A DNA stretch of 64,000 nucleotides from Eubacteriales bacterium (GTDB lineage: Bacteria; Bacillota; Clostridia; Oscillospirales; CAG-272). The notes under the pieces were generated by a model. It was not told the origin of the DNA, did not search any database, and saw nothing but the letters and a program-made list of their open reading frames with translations. Below are positions 27,869 to 36,622 of the stretch, in pieces. The number at the start of each line of letters is the position of its first letter. Within the stretch, counting starts at the first letter, position 1. The stretch covers positions 1,295 to 65,294 of the forward strand of contig JAZQXI010000167.1 of assembly GCA_045632805.1 (NCBI GenBank), written 5' to 3'. Position numbers and translations under genes: made by a program.

Positions 27869-28753
27869 TCAGTTTGCAGGATGGTGCTGGCGTGCAGCCT
27901 CCGCCAAGAGAATTGCGGCTGCGGTAGAGACGTTAAAGGAATTGACGTGTCCGTACATCGGGATAGAGACCACCGCATCTGCCGTTTTTTTGACCAGTTG
28001 GGAAACACCGTTTCCCTCACTGCCGAGGATCAGCGCGCAGGGCCCCTTGAAATCGGTTTCGTAAACGCTTTGCCCCCCCGCCTCTGCGGCATAGGTCCAA
28101 ACACCCTTTTCTTTGAGCTGTTCCACCGTGGATGCAATGTTGGCGACCTTTGCAACGGCAAGATGCTCGATTGCACCCGCGGAGGCTTTTGTGACCAGCG
28201 GAGTCAATCCCGCGGCGCGGCGCTTGGGGATGATAAGCCCGTGTGCTCCGCAACATTCGGCGCAACGGATAATCGCACCAAGGTTATAGGGGTCGGTGAT
28301 GCCGTCGCAGATGACGATGAGGGGCGCTTCACCTCGTTCTTCGGCAATGGCGAGAATGTCCTCGACTGTGCAGTATTCCTTTTCCGCGGCGTAGGCGATG
28401 ACTCCTTGGTGGGGAGCAAAGCCTGCAATGGCGTCAAGGCGCGATTTGTCGGTTTCGATTACGGGAATTCCACGTTCAATTGCCTGTGCGACCAAAACGA
28501 CGATCGAACCCGTGCGTTCTCCGCGCTGAACCAACAGCTTGTCCACGGAGCGTTCGCTTTTGAGAAGCTCACGAACGGCGTTTCTGCCGATCACAGCGCC
28601 GTTTTCGTAGTCGCCGTGAATGCTTTCAGCATCCGATTCCACATTGGCGTTGTGTGCCTTGGGATCAAAGGATCGACGGGGCTGTTTTTGATCAAAGACT
28701 TCGCGCTTGCCGTCGAATTTACGGCGAGGAGATTTGTTTTTTCTGTTTTCCAT
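27869..28753 (-). CDS. rlmB: 23S rRNA (guanosine-2'-O)-methyltransferase RlmB-like (SpoU/TrmH family)
   Basis: SpoU motifs are ITDPYNLGAIIRCAECCGAHG, LILGSEGNGVS and IPMYGHVNSFNVSTAAAI, preceded by a basic N-terminal tail. The ORF-track start was trimmed to ATG 28753. Confidence 0.8.
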   Translation of the reverse strand: MENRKNKSPRRKFDGKREVFDQKQPRRSFDPKAHNANVESDAESIHGDYENGAVIGRNAVRELLKSERSVDKLLVQRGERTGSIVVLVAQAIERGIPVIETDKSRLDAIAGFAPHQGVIAYAAEKEYCTVEDILAIAEERGEAPLIVICDGITDPYNLGAIIRCAECCGAHGLIIPKRRAAGLTPLVTKASAGAIEHLAVAKVANIASTVEQLKEKGVWTYAAEAGGQSVYETDFKGPCALILGSEGNGVSQLVKKTADAVVSIPMYGHVNSFNVSTAAAILLAEAARQHHPAN

Positions 28754-29040
28754 AGATGTAAGGGTTGTCCTTTCCTGACGCCCAAAACCGTCAAAATCGT
28801 TACTACTATAATTATAACATGAAAAATCTTTTTTGTATAGACCATTTTCGAAATTTATCATGCTTTCAGGCATTTTTCGTTCGACTGCGTGCGACAGATG
28901 TCCCGAAAAAGGGAAGAAAAGGGACAGGGGAATGTCGAAAGTGGAGAGGGGAGCGATTGCGCAAAATGACAAAAATCGAAAGGGAGAGGTGCTTTGAGAT
29001 GAGCGAAAAAAGAAAAAATAAAAAAATGTTCAAAAAAGGC

Positions 29041-29069
29041 TTGACAAATCGGGGCGCTTGTGATATCAT
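29041..29069 (+). promoter_or_regulatory. Promoter of tRNA-Ser
   Basis: TTGACA, a 17-nt spacer, then TATCAT preceded by TG (extended -10). It ends 14 nt upstream of the tRNA 5' end. Confidence 0.65.
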
Positions 29070-29083
29070 ATATAAGTCGGCAT

Positions 29084-29175
29084 GGAGAGATGGCTGAGCT
29101 GGTCTAAGGCGCACGACTGGAAATCGTGTTTAGGCTAATACCCTAACGAGGGTTCGAATCCCTCTCTCTCCGCCA
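29084..29175 (+). tRNA. tRNA-Ser (anticodon GGA), class II with long variable arm, CCA encoded
   Basis: The acceptor stem is GGAGAGA/TCTCTCC. The anticodon stem-loop is CACGA-CUGGAAA-UCGUG. The variable arm is long, the T-loop is GGTTCGAATCC, and the 3' end is G-CCA. Confidence 0.93.
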
Positions 29176-29218
29176 TAGCAAAAGGGCACCCAAGCGGGTG
29201 CCCTTTTGCTATGGCGGA
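29168..29218 (+). repeat. Left 51-bp direct repeat (includes the last 8 nt of tRNA-Ser plus a palindromic hairpin)
   Basis: CTCCGCCATAGCAAAAGGGCACCCAAGCGGGTGCCCTTTTGCTATGGCGGA matches 32147-32197 at 50 of 51 positions. Confidence 0.9.
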
Positions 29219-29451
29219 GAGAGAGCCAAACGCGAACACTGCCTTGCAAAGCAAGGCTGGGGTTCGCAATCGCCGCCCGAAGATCGGGGAGCGTAGCGAG
29301 CCGACTTGTATCAAGACAAGCACACGCCACGGTGCCAAAATTCAAAAAAATAATAATTTTTGCCTTTTATTTATGGGTGCAAAGGATTGAATAATTCACA
29401 AAGTTATGATATAATTAAACTGTATTATTATGTTGAAACGGAGATGTAAAT

Positions 29452-31224
29452 ATGAGAAGACATTTCTTGCTAATATTATTATCTGTATTTTTGCTTTGTT
29501 CTGCCGTGTTATTCGTTGGTTGCGATACTACTCCCGACGACAATGTAGACGGTAAACACATTTGCAACTATTCTGAATTGTGGTCAAACAATAATGAATA
29601 CCATTGGAAAGTATGTGCGTATGAAACCTGTGATATAACTAAGGATAAACAATCTCATACTTTTCAAAATGATATTTGTTCTATTTGTGGTTATTCCAAG
29701 CAATCTTCGAGTGGCGACAATCAAAACAATAACAATAATGAAAACGATACTAATAAACAGGTTTCTGCTGGATTAGATTATGTATTGAATTCTGATGGGC
29801 AAACCTTGTCCGTATCTGGAATTGGTCAATGCTATGATTCAGAAATAATCATTCCAGATTTTGTCGACGGAAAAGCCGTTACTACAATAGCATCTAACGC
29901 TTTCGTAAATTTGCAAGGCATTAAAAAAGTTGTATTAGGTAGTAATGTACAGGAGATTCAGTCAGGTGCTTTTGTAAATTGCGGTAATTTAGATAATATA
30001 GTTTTTTCAAATTCGATAGCTACTATCAGCAATCAGTTTGTGTCCAATTGCCCTTTACAAGATTTAGTAATAGAAAAAGGAACTAAATATTTTGAAAATC
30101 TAAATAAAGACAAAATATTTGCGTTCAGTTTTGTAGACAAAACGATTATCAATGTTGAATTCGCTTCAACAACAAAATGGATAAATAGTGATTTGTTCTT
30201 TAATTGCGATAATATAAAATCCGTTACGATTCCTTCTAATGTTATGTACATAGGTACCAACGCTTTTTATGATTGCGAAAATATCGAAGAAATCACCGTT
30301 GAAGAAAACTCCAAGTTGCAATATGTAGGGCAGTATGCTTTCTTGGGTTGTGAAAAGTTAAAGACTATACAATTTCCTAATGAAATATCAACTATAGGTA
30401 AAGGGTGCTTTAAAAATTGCGTTTCACTTGAACAAATCAATACCTTCGGACAAGTAAATGTTATTTTAGAGAATACTTTTGAAAATTGTGCAAAATTAAA
30501 GTCAATTCCAAGTTTGGAGAATATCCAAAGTATTGGAGCTTGTGCTTTTAAAAATTGCACAAGTTTGGATAGTTTGCCATCATTGCGCAACGTTCAAAAC
30601 ATCGGAGGTTCTGCGTTTTCAAATATTGCTGTTAGTGGTAGATTAGAATTGTCTGTTGGAAACACCGAGTTTGGAGAGGCGGTTTTTGCTGATTGTTCAG
30701 CTATAGAGTCCGTTTATATTAGTGGCAATGTCTTAAATGGCGGAGCTTGGATGTTCAGTTCTTGCGCTAATTTAAGTTACGCTTATTTGGATATTCAAAA
30801 TGTGCCAGATTATATGTTTACGTACTCTTCTATCAGCGATGTAGATTTAACTGAAAAAGTAGTTACAATTGGTTGCGGAGCATTTCAACAAACAGGATTA
30901 AAATCTATAGATTTGCCAAATACGATACGGGAAATAAAAGCTTCGGCATTTAAAGCGTGTCCTTTTACTGAAATTTATTTACCTGACGGGCTTGAAATAA
31001 TCGGTGCACGTTGCTTTGAAAGTTGCAATGCTATGTTGTCGATTTTTATTCCTAAATCTGTTGTAACTATAGGGAACTATGCTTTCAAAAATGCAGGCTC
31101 TTATTATCTGAACCCGAAATTTTCTATTCGTTGCGAAGCTTCATCTTGTCCTACTGGTTGGGATTCTTATTGGAATCATAACGGCATGAACTTTTATTCT
31201 GTTACGTGGAATCAAACAAGGTAA
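29452..31224 (+). CDS. BspA-type leucine-rich-repeat surface lipoprotein
   Basis: The signal peptide carries the lipobox LFVGC and is followed by an N/Q/S-rich linker. Many ~23-aa repeats of the LRR_5 type follow (..I.IP..V..IG..AF..C..L..I.). Confidence 0.8.
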   Translation: MRRHFLLILLSVFLLCSAVLFVGCDTTPDDNVDGKHICNYSELWSNNNEYHWKVCAYETCDITKDKQSHTFQNDICSICGYSKQSSSGDNQNNNNNENDTNKQVSAGLDYVLNSDGQTLSVSGIGQCYDSEIIIPDFVDGKAVTTIASNAFVNLQGIKKVVLGSNVQEIQSGAFVNCGNLDNIVFSNSIATISNQFVSNCPLQDLVIEKGTKYFENLNKDKIFAFSFVDKTIINVEFASTTKWINSDLFFNCDNIKSVTIPSNVMYIGTNAFYDCENIEEITVEENSKLQYVGQYAFLGCEKLKTIQFPNEISTIGKGCFKNCVSLEQINTFGQVNVILENTFENCAKLKSIPSLENIQSIGACAFKNCTSLDSLPSLRNVQNIGGSAFSNIAVSGRLELSVGNTEFGEAVFADCSAIESVYISGNVLNGGAWMFSSCANLSYAYLDIQNVPDYMFTYSSISDVDLTEKVVTIGCGAFQQTGLKSIDLPNTIREIKASAFKACPFTEIYLPDGLEIIGARCFESCNAMLSIFIPKSVVTIGNYAFKNAGSYYLNPKFSIRCEASSCPTGWDSYWNHNGMNFYSVTWNQTR

Positions 31225-31229
31225 ATTAA

Positions 31230-32018
31230 ATGATGGAAAATGCAAGAATTGAAAAGCCAGCTTTTTGTAATGATATAGATGAGAATTTAAAAGCAGATTT
31301 GTTACCTGCACCTATATTCATAAAAGACTTTGTACAAGGCGAAAAAGATTGCAATTATGAAAAATATCTCGTCGAGTTTCTAAATAATTCTATATGGTTT
31401 AGGGAAAAAGTTCATTTTTCGAAATTTGTTTGGCAGGAAAAACAGGACAACGGCGAATTAGATGCCTATGCGGACGATTATGGGTTGGATTTTAAGTTGT
31501 TGGTCAGCACTACTGCGTGTCAAGCAAAGCGAGAATTGTCAAGTTCTAAATATGTTTTGGCGAATGGCATTGTTGTAACAAGCACGCCCAACAAAGAAGG
31601 CTCTATGACCGTTACCAGAATTTTTTCCGCCGTTAGATATTTAACTGTTGATGATTTTTCCAAAATAGAATCAGAAACATATAAATATGGAGCTATTGAA
31701 CACGATATCCAAGATTTTTTGAAAGTTATAAAAAGGGATAAAAATTTGTTTATTTTTCTTCCTTACAGCTTTTATTCCGTAAAAAAATATAATTTTAACT
31801 ATCTCGTATCGGTTATAAGAAATGCAATAAAAAACGACTTCGCTGTATCAATGAAATTAAGAGTTGGGCATTGCCCAAATAAAGATACGTTTATTGCGTG
31901 TATCTGTTCTGACTTTTTAATTATCTTTCAATATCTGAATGATGATTTTATATTGATTGACTGCGTGAATACAAAGAAAAGTCCTATTTATACCAAATTG
32001 CTTGGCTATGCTTTTTAA
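31230..32018 (+). CDS. Hypothetical protein with a possible PD-(D/E)xK nuclease-like motif
   Basis: The 262-aa ORF starts 5 nt after the LRR gene stop. The segment GELDAYADDYGLDFKLLVS fits D...(D/E)xK spacing. No other recognisable motif was seen. Confidence 0.5.
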   Translation: MMENARIEKPAFCNDIDENLKADLLPAPIFIKDFVQGEKDCNYEKYLVEFLNNSIWFREKVHFSKFVWQEKQDNGELDAYADDYGLDFKLLVSTTACQAKRELSSSKYVLANGIVVTSTPNKEGSMTVTRIFSAVRYLTVDDFSKIESETYKYGAIEHDIQDFLKVIKRDKNLFIFLPYSFYSVKKYNFNYLVSVIRNAIKNDFAVSMKLRVGHCPNKDTFIACICSDFLIIFQYLNDDFILIDCVNTKKSPIYTKLLGYAF

Positions 32019-32146
32019 TAGAGTTTTTGTAAAACAAACTTGAAGCGCTTCTGCATAAACCGTTCGACCTTCGTTATAGCGAAACGAAAAAATCTAAGCG
32101 ATGCAAAAGAATATCGAATACATAAGGTCGTTTTACGTTCCATCCG

Positions 32147-32197
32147 CTCCGCCATAGCAAAAGGGCACCCAAACGGGTGCCCTTTTGCTATGGCGGA
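32147..32197 (+). repeat. Right 51-bp direct repeat of the tRNA-Ser islet
   Basis: See 29168-29218. The copies differ at a single position (G/A) in the hairpin loop. Confidence 0.9.
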
Positions 32198-32351
32198 AGT
32201 TATTCCTGATCAATCACGGTGTAAACTTTCCTGCTCTTCTCAAAATTAACTTTTTCTGGCAAAAAATTATCCTCCCGACGCCTGCCCTTGATTTTTCCAA
32301 ACCGCTGTGTTATAATCAAACCACCGAAATTTGATGCACGGAGGTGTCGTT

Positions 32352-33851
32352 ATGATTGCAACAAAGGAATTTTTGAAGCGATTGGACGAGATAAGCGAGA
32401 CGCGAAAACGGGAAATTTTATCCTCGGAGGATCGTGTCGCGGTCACAGGAAATACTTATTATGTCTCGAACGCGGGCAACGACGAAAACGATGGAACAGC
32501 ACCTGAGCGTGCATGGAAAACGCTTGCGCGCGTGTCGGCGGCAGACCTTCTCCCCGGTGACGGTGTCCGCTTTTGCCGTGGTGACCTTTTCCGCGGTTTC
32601 CTTGAAACGAGAGAAGGGGTCACGTATGCCGCTTACGGAGAAGGGGACAAACCCCGTTTTTACGGCTGGGAATACGACCTTGCCGATCCCACTCTTTGGG
32701 AGCTTACCGACGAGGAGCATCATATCTGGAAGATGACAAAGCCCATTCTCGATTGCGGTACGTTGGTCTTTGACGAAGGTGCGGCGCACTGCCGCAAGCT
32801 GATCCCTTCCTATATTGGGGGACGCTTTGTTTGCCGCGAGGATGAAAATCGACCGTTTGAGATGGCTCGTGAGATGACGCAAGACCTTGACATGGTCTGC
32901 TTCTATGAAGAACGTATGACGACACAGCCCTCCAAAGGGCAGGATTTTCCCGTTCCCTTGGTGGATTTTGAAAGCTACGGCAGTCTTTTTCTGCGTTGCG
33001 ACAAGGGCAATCCCGGCGCGCTTTACCGCAGTATCGAAGCGCTTCCCAAGCGAAATATGATCCTCATTAGAAATCACGAAAATGTTACCGTTGATAATCT
33101 TTGCCTCAAATACATCGGCGCACACGCCATCGGGGCGGGGGGAGCCGTGGTCAAGGGTCTGCACGTTTCCAACTGCGAGATCGGTTGGATCGGCGGCTCG
33201 ATCCAACACTATATGGGAACCGACCCCAACTATCCCGAGGGCGGACGGGGAACTGTAACCCGATACGGTAACGCCATTGAGATTTACGGTGGGTGCGAGG
33301 ATTATCTGGTCGAAAACTGCTATATCTATCAGGTGTACGACGCAGGCATAACGCATCAGATCACAACGGGCGGCAGAACATTTACCATGACCAATATCCG
33401 CTACCAAAACAATCTGATCGAGTATTGCGTCTATTCCATCGAGTATTTTTTGGAAAAGACCGCAGGGGACACCGAAAGCTATATTGAGGATTGTGAAATG
33501 TCGCACAATATCCTGCGCTTTTCGGGATTTGGATGGGGACAGCAGCGGCATAACACGCACACGCCCGCGCATATCAAGGGGTGGAGTTATGAGAACACTG
33601 CGCGCGATTATCGCATCCATGACAATCTCTTTGACCGTGCCGCTTATCGGATGCTGCATCTTGTAGCAAAGGAAGAGACAAGCCTTCCCAAGATGTGGAA
33701 CAACGTGTACGTACAAAACGCGAACGCGACATTGGGGCAGTACGGTGCCAATCGCGAAACCGAACCGCCGATGCTGATGTTTGACGAAAAAGTTGAAAAA
33801 ACAGTGGAAGAGATCCTTTGTGACCGCGGAGCAAGGGTTTATCGGATCTGA
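32352..33851 (+). CDS. Right-handed parallel beta-helix repeat protein (pectate-lyase-fold), cytoplasmic
   Basis: The N-terminal signature YYVSNAGNDENDGTAPERAWKTLARV..LLPGDGVRFCRGDLFRG is typical of beta-helix polysaccharide-active proteins. There is no signal peptide. ATG 32352. Confidence 0.6.
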   Translation: MIATKEFLKRLDEISETRKREILSSEDRVAVTGNTYYVSNAGNDENDGTAPERAWKTLARVSAADLLPGDGVRFCRGDLFRGFLETREGVTYAAYGEGDKPRFYGWEYDLADPTLWELTDEEHHIWKMTKPILDCGTLVFDEGAAHCRKLIPSYIGGRFVCREDENRPFEMAREMTQDLDMVCFYEERMTTQPSKGQDFPVPLVDFESYGSLFLRCDKGNPGALYRSIEALPKRNMILIRNHENVTVDNLCLKYIGAHAIGAGGAVVKGLHVSNCEIGWIGGSIQHYMGTDPNYPEGGRGTVTRYGNAIEIYGGCEDYLVENCYIYQVYDAGITHQITTGGRTFTMTNIRYQNNLIEYCVYSIEYFLEKTAGDTESYIEDCEMSHNILRFSGFGWGQQRHNTHTPAHIKGWSYENTARDYRIHDNLFDRAAYRMLHLVAKEETSLPKMWNNVYVQNANATLGQYGANRETEPPMLMFDEKVEKTVEEILCDRGARVYRI

Positions 33852-33902
33852 TCATAAGAATAGTCTTCGGGGCTGTCTTAAATTACCATTTGAGACAGCC
33901 CC

Positions 33903-34185
33903 TTAGGTTGTAGACCAAAGGTATGCAATTTGTTAGTTTGCACAAATTCGTTCATACCGCTTTTTCTTTTGACCAAAAAGGCGCAAAATGAAAGAGGCTT
34001 CGCAAGCTCAGCCGCAATTGCAAGCAATTGCAGCTTGGCAAAAAGAAAAGCGCCGTTTTTTGAGGGATTTCGCGCTCTGCGGAGCGCGAGGAGGGCTTTG
34101 CCCCTCCACCCCACAAACTTTTGAAAAAGTTTGATCAAAACTTTCGCCAAGCTGACGAAAGCCAGCAGTTTTGTCTACAGTCTTC
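33903..34185 (+). repeat. Structured intergenic repeat, copy 3 (longest; carries an internal insertion)
   Basis: Same core as copies 1, 2 and 4. Its ends are TTAGGTTGTAGACC... and ...GTCTACAGTCT. It is bracketed by two ~41-bp copies of a GGGGCTGTCT.AAAT....ATTTGAGACAGCCCC hairpin. Confidence 0.8.
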
Positions 34186-34247
34186 GGGGCTGTCTCAAAT
34201 AGTAATTTGAGACAGCCCCGAAAATTTGAACAGCCGATTTGTTTTTC

Positions 34248-36491
34248 TTACGCCTCATGAGCCTCGGCGCGGCGGATGTAAGCCTCCTGATCGGTGGGGG
34301 AAAGGTTGTTCCAAAGAACGTTCCAACCGCACACACGTACCTGCAAATTGCGATAATTTTCGGGATGCTTTTGCGCGTCTCGGAGCATTTCCGTTTGAAA
34401 TACGTTGAATTGGATGGACATTCCGCCACCCTCCAGATACGCCATGATCAAAGCGCGCATGGCTGCAAGACCGTGTTCTCCGCTTACCGCAGAGGGATGA
34501 AGCACAATGTCGGTGCAGAAGGATTCTGTCCAGATGTACGGGGAGAGGGAAAGCGCCGAGCGGATCAGCACCGTTACGCCGCCACGGTCCATTCCGGCTG
34601 CGGGAGAGGCGTTCTTGGAGATCTCCTCACCATCCATACGACCGTCGGGGGTCGCTCCTGTTTTCTCACCCTGCCAGATAAACTGCATCGCGGAATGCAT
34701 GCATGCCTTGTAGACGCCGCCGCGCGCATTGGGGCGGTGATCGACCTTCATGGCAAACCAGTGGGAAAGCGCTTGCGCGTAGCAGTCGACCTCGGGGTCA
34801 CCGTTTCCGTATTTGCGGCGCGAGGCACGGATCTGCGCACGTAGCGTTTCATATCCGCTCCAGTTGTGTCGCAGAGCGTTGGCGAGCTCTTCAAGCGTGA
34901 TTGTGTGCGTGTCGTAAACGAATTCCTTGACTGCCATCAAAGCGTCCACAAAACTGCCAAAGCCGCAACACAAAACGGCAGTGTTGTTGTATTTCAAGCC
35001 GCCCGCGTAGGCATCATAGGCTTTCTCGAGACTATGCTCCACCGTTGCGGAGTATAGCGAGGACGGATTGACCTCCTCTAAATGCACTTGAATGCGGTTA
35101 TCCATGGCAATTACGCGCTCGATCAGGGATTCCAACTGTGCAAGTGTTGCTTGGTAAAAATCTTCAAAGGTGACAAAGGTATCAAGTGATCCCGTTTGAA
35201 TGCCGACGATCTCGTCAGAGGTGCTGTCGTATCCGTTGCTTAGCACGTAGAGCACCGCTTTTAAGGGATTGATGTAGGCGTCGGCGGTGGAGACCTCATT
35301 GGCGCGTACGCCCGTTTCGTAGCAGCCGCGCAGATCCATGTCGCGTGCTTCTTCAAGGGTTGCGCCGTAGCTCATCACGGCACGCATCAGTCCAGGCTCG
35401 CAGCAAAAGACGATCGCTCCCTCACTTGCGCGCACAATGTCCAGAGCAAGATCCAAAAACTCGGTCGGTGTGTTCGTGTTGACCTTGATCTGAATCTTGG
35501 GATTGTAGATCTGTAAAGCACGATAGGTGTTGAGAATGTCATAGGAAAGCTGATTGACACGTGTTGAGCCGTCGGGCTTGGTGCCGCCAAGATAGAAGGG
35601 CTGACCCCAATAGTTTCCGATGGCGGAGAATTGCATGAAAAAGTAGGCGAGACGCTCACAAAGCTCCTCATGCGAAACACCGTTTTGCAGATCCTTTTCC
35701 CAAAACGGGAGCAACGTGCGATCCAATCCGTTTCCAAGCGAACGAACTTGGAAGAAATCCACGGATTCGCTGATCATAAAATAGAGATACATCAGTTGGA
35801 GCGCGTCGTAGGTGTTTTGAGGCGCTCCGTCGCGCAAATGCGCCAAGGAGTCTGCCACGTAAGGCGCTTTTTCATGCGTTTGTTGCGTGGCGTAGGTGTG
35901 TAAACGATCCAAAAAATGCAAGACCGCCGTGTATTCGATCTCGATACCGTCAAAATAAGCCTTTTGGCGATCGGTCAGCTCCCCCGCCTCCTCGTGACGG
36001 CGGCGCCATGCTCTCGCGCGCTCCAAAATTCCGGGGAAGCCAAGCTTCATCAAGGATTCCCAATCGGGGACGATGTGATCGTAATCCACAAATGTAGTTA
36101 CAGTACCCGAACGGTTGAACAGCTCCATTTGTGCCTTGTCGTCGGGCAGCGTGTTTTCAAACAGCTCACGATCCCACTTTTTCACGGTGACAGGACCGAT
36201 GGCGCGGTTCCAAGTGTAAATGCCCACAAACCAATCGTGTTCATTAATGTCGATGCGCGTATGCTCAAGGACATATTCCACGGCGCGCGCCTTAAAAACG
36301 GGACGGGGAAGATGCCCATGGGTTTCCTCCAAACGGCGCAGCCCCGCGGCAATTTCCTCATCTGTGTCTCCAGTGGCAGGATCATATTCGTAGCCGTGGT
36401 ATTCCATGCGACGGTAGGGGTCAAAGGGCAGATCTGTGCGGTGGTATTTGTTTTCCAGATATGCGCGATCCTTTTCAAGTTGAGCAAACAT
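34248..36491 (-). CDS. Glycyl-radical enzyme (PFL2/glycerol-dehydratase-like family), substrate unknown
   Basis: The C-terminal glycyl-radical motif reads YRNLQVRVCGWNVLWNNLSPTDQEAYIRRAE and is preceded by GGGMSIQFNVFQTEMLRDAQKHPENY. The Cys loop reads DLRGCYETG. 747 aa. Confidence 0.8.
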   Translation of the reverse strand: MFAQLEKDRAYLENKYHRTDLPFDPYRRMEYHGYEYDPATGDTDEEIAAGLRRLEETHGHLPRPVFKARAVEYVLEHTRIDINEHDWFVGIYTWNRAIGPVTVKKWDRELFENTLPDDKAQMELFNRSGTVTTFVDYDHIVPDWESLMKLGFPGILERARAWRRRHEEAGELTDRQKAYFDGIEIEYTAVLHFLDRLHTYATQQTHEKAPYVADSLAHLRDGAPQNTYDALQLMYLYFMISESVDFFQVRSLGNGLDRTLLPFWEKDLQNGVSHEELCERLAYFFMQFSAIGNYWGQPFYLGGTKPDGSTRVNQLSYDILNTYRALQIYNPKIQIKVNTNTPTEFLDLALDIVRASEGAIVFCCEPGLMRAVMSYGATLEEARDMDLRGCYETGVRANEVSTADAYINPLKAVLYVLSNGYDSTSDEIVGIQTGSLDTFVTFEDFYQATLAQLESLIERVIAMDNRIQVHLEEVNPSSLYSATVEHSLEKAYDAYAGGLKYNNTAVLCCGFGSFVDALMAVKEFVYDTHTITLEELANALRHNWSGYETLRAQIRASRRKYGNGDPEVDCYAQALSHWFAMKVDHRPNARGGVYKACMHSAMQFIWQGEKTGATPDGRMDGEEISKNASPAAGMDRGGVTVLIRSALSLSPYIWTESFCTDIVLHPSAVSGEHGLAAMRALIMAYLEGGGMSIQFNVFQTEMLRDAQKHPENYRNLQVRVCGWNVLWNNLSPTDQEAYIRRAEAHEA

Positions 36492-36622
36492 TCGTTCTTC
36501 CTCCCAAACGCTTGATTACTTTCATTATACGTCTTTTTATCAAAAAGTCAATGAATATTTTGATCATACTTGACTTTTTCGAAACTAAAAGGTATAATAA
36601 AAGTGAGATTGGAGGAGAAAAG

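Larger units (their letters stand above)
29219..32146 (+). mobile_element. AT-rich tRNA-Ser-associated islet bounded by direct repeats (no integrase present)
   Basis: Base composition drops sharply from ~29340 to ~32040. The islet is bounded by 51-bp direct repeats containing the tRNA 3' end. Its cargo is two co-oriented genes. Confidence 0.55.

Noticed and set aside
29219-29345. A possible second or degenerate tRNA just after tRNA-Ser (GGGGTTCGCAATC resembles a T-loop, and GCCTT-GCAAAGC-AAGGC resembles an anticodon arm).
   Set aside because: No complete cloverleaf can be drawn. The acceptor and T stems do not pair, and position 33 of the putative anticodon loop is C rather than U.
32040-32249. 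A 69-aa ORF.
   Set aside because: It is read across the right-hand direct repeat and hairpin of the islet. It has no RBS, so it is an artefact of the palindrome.
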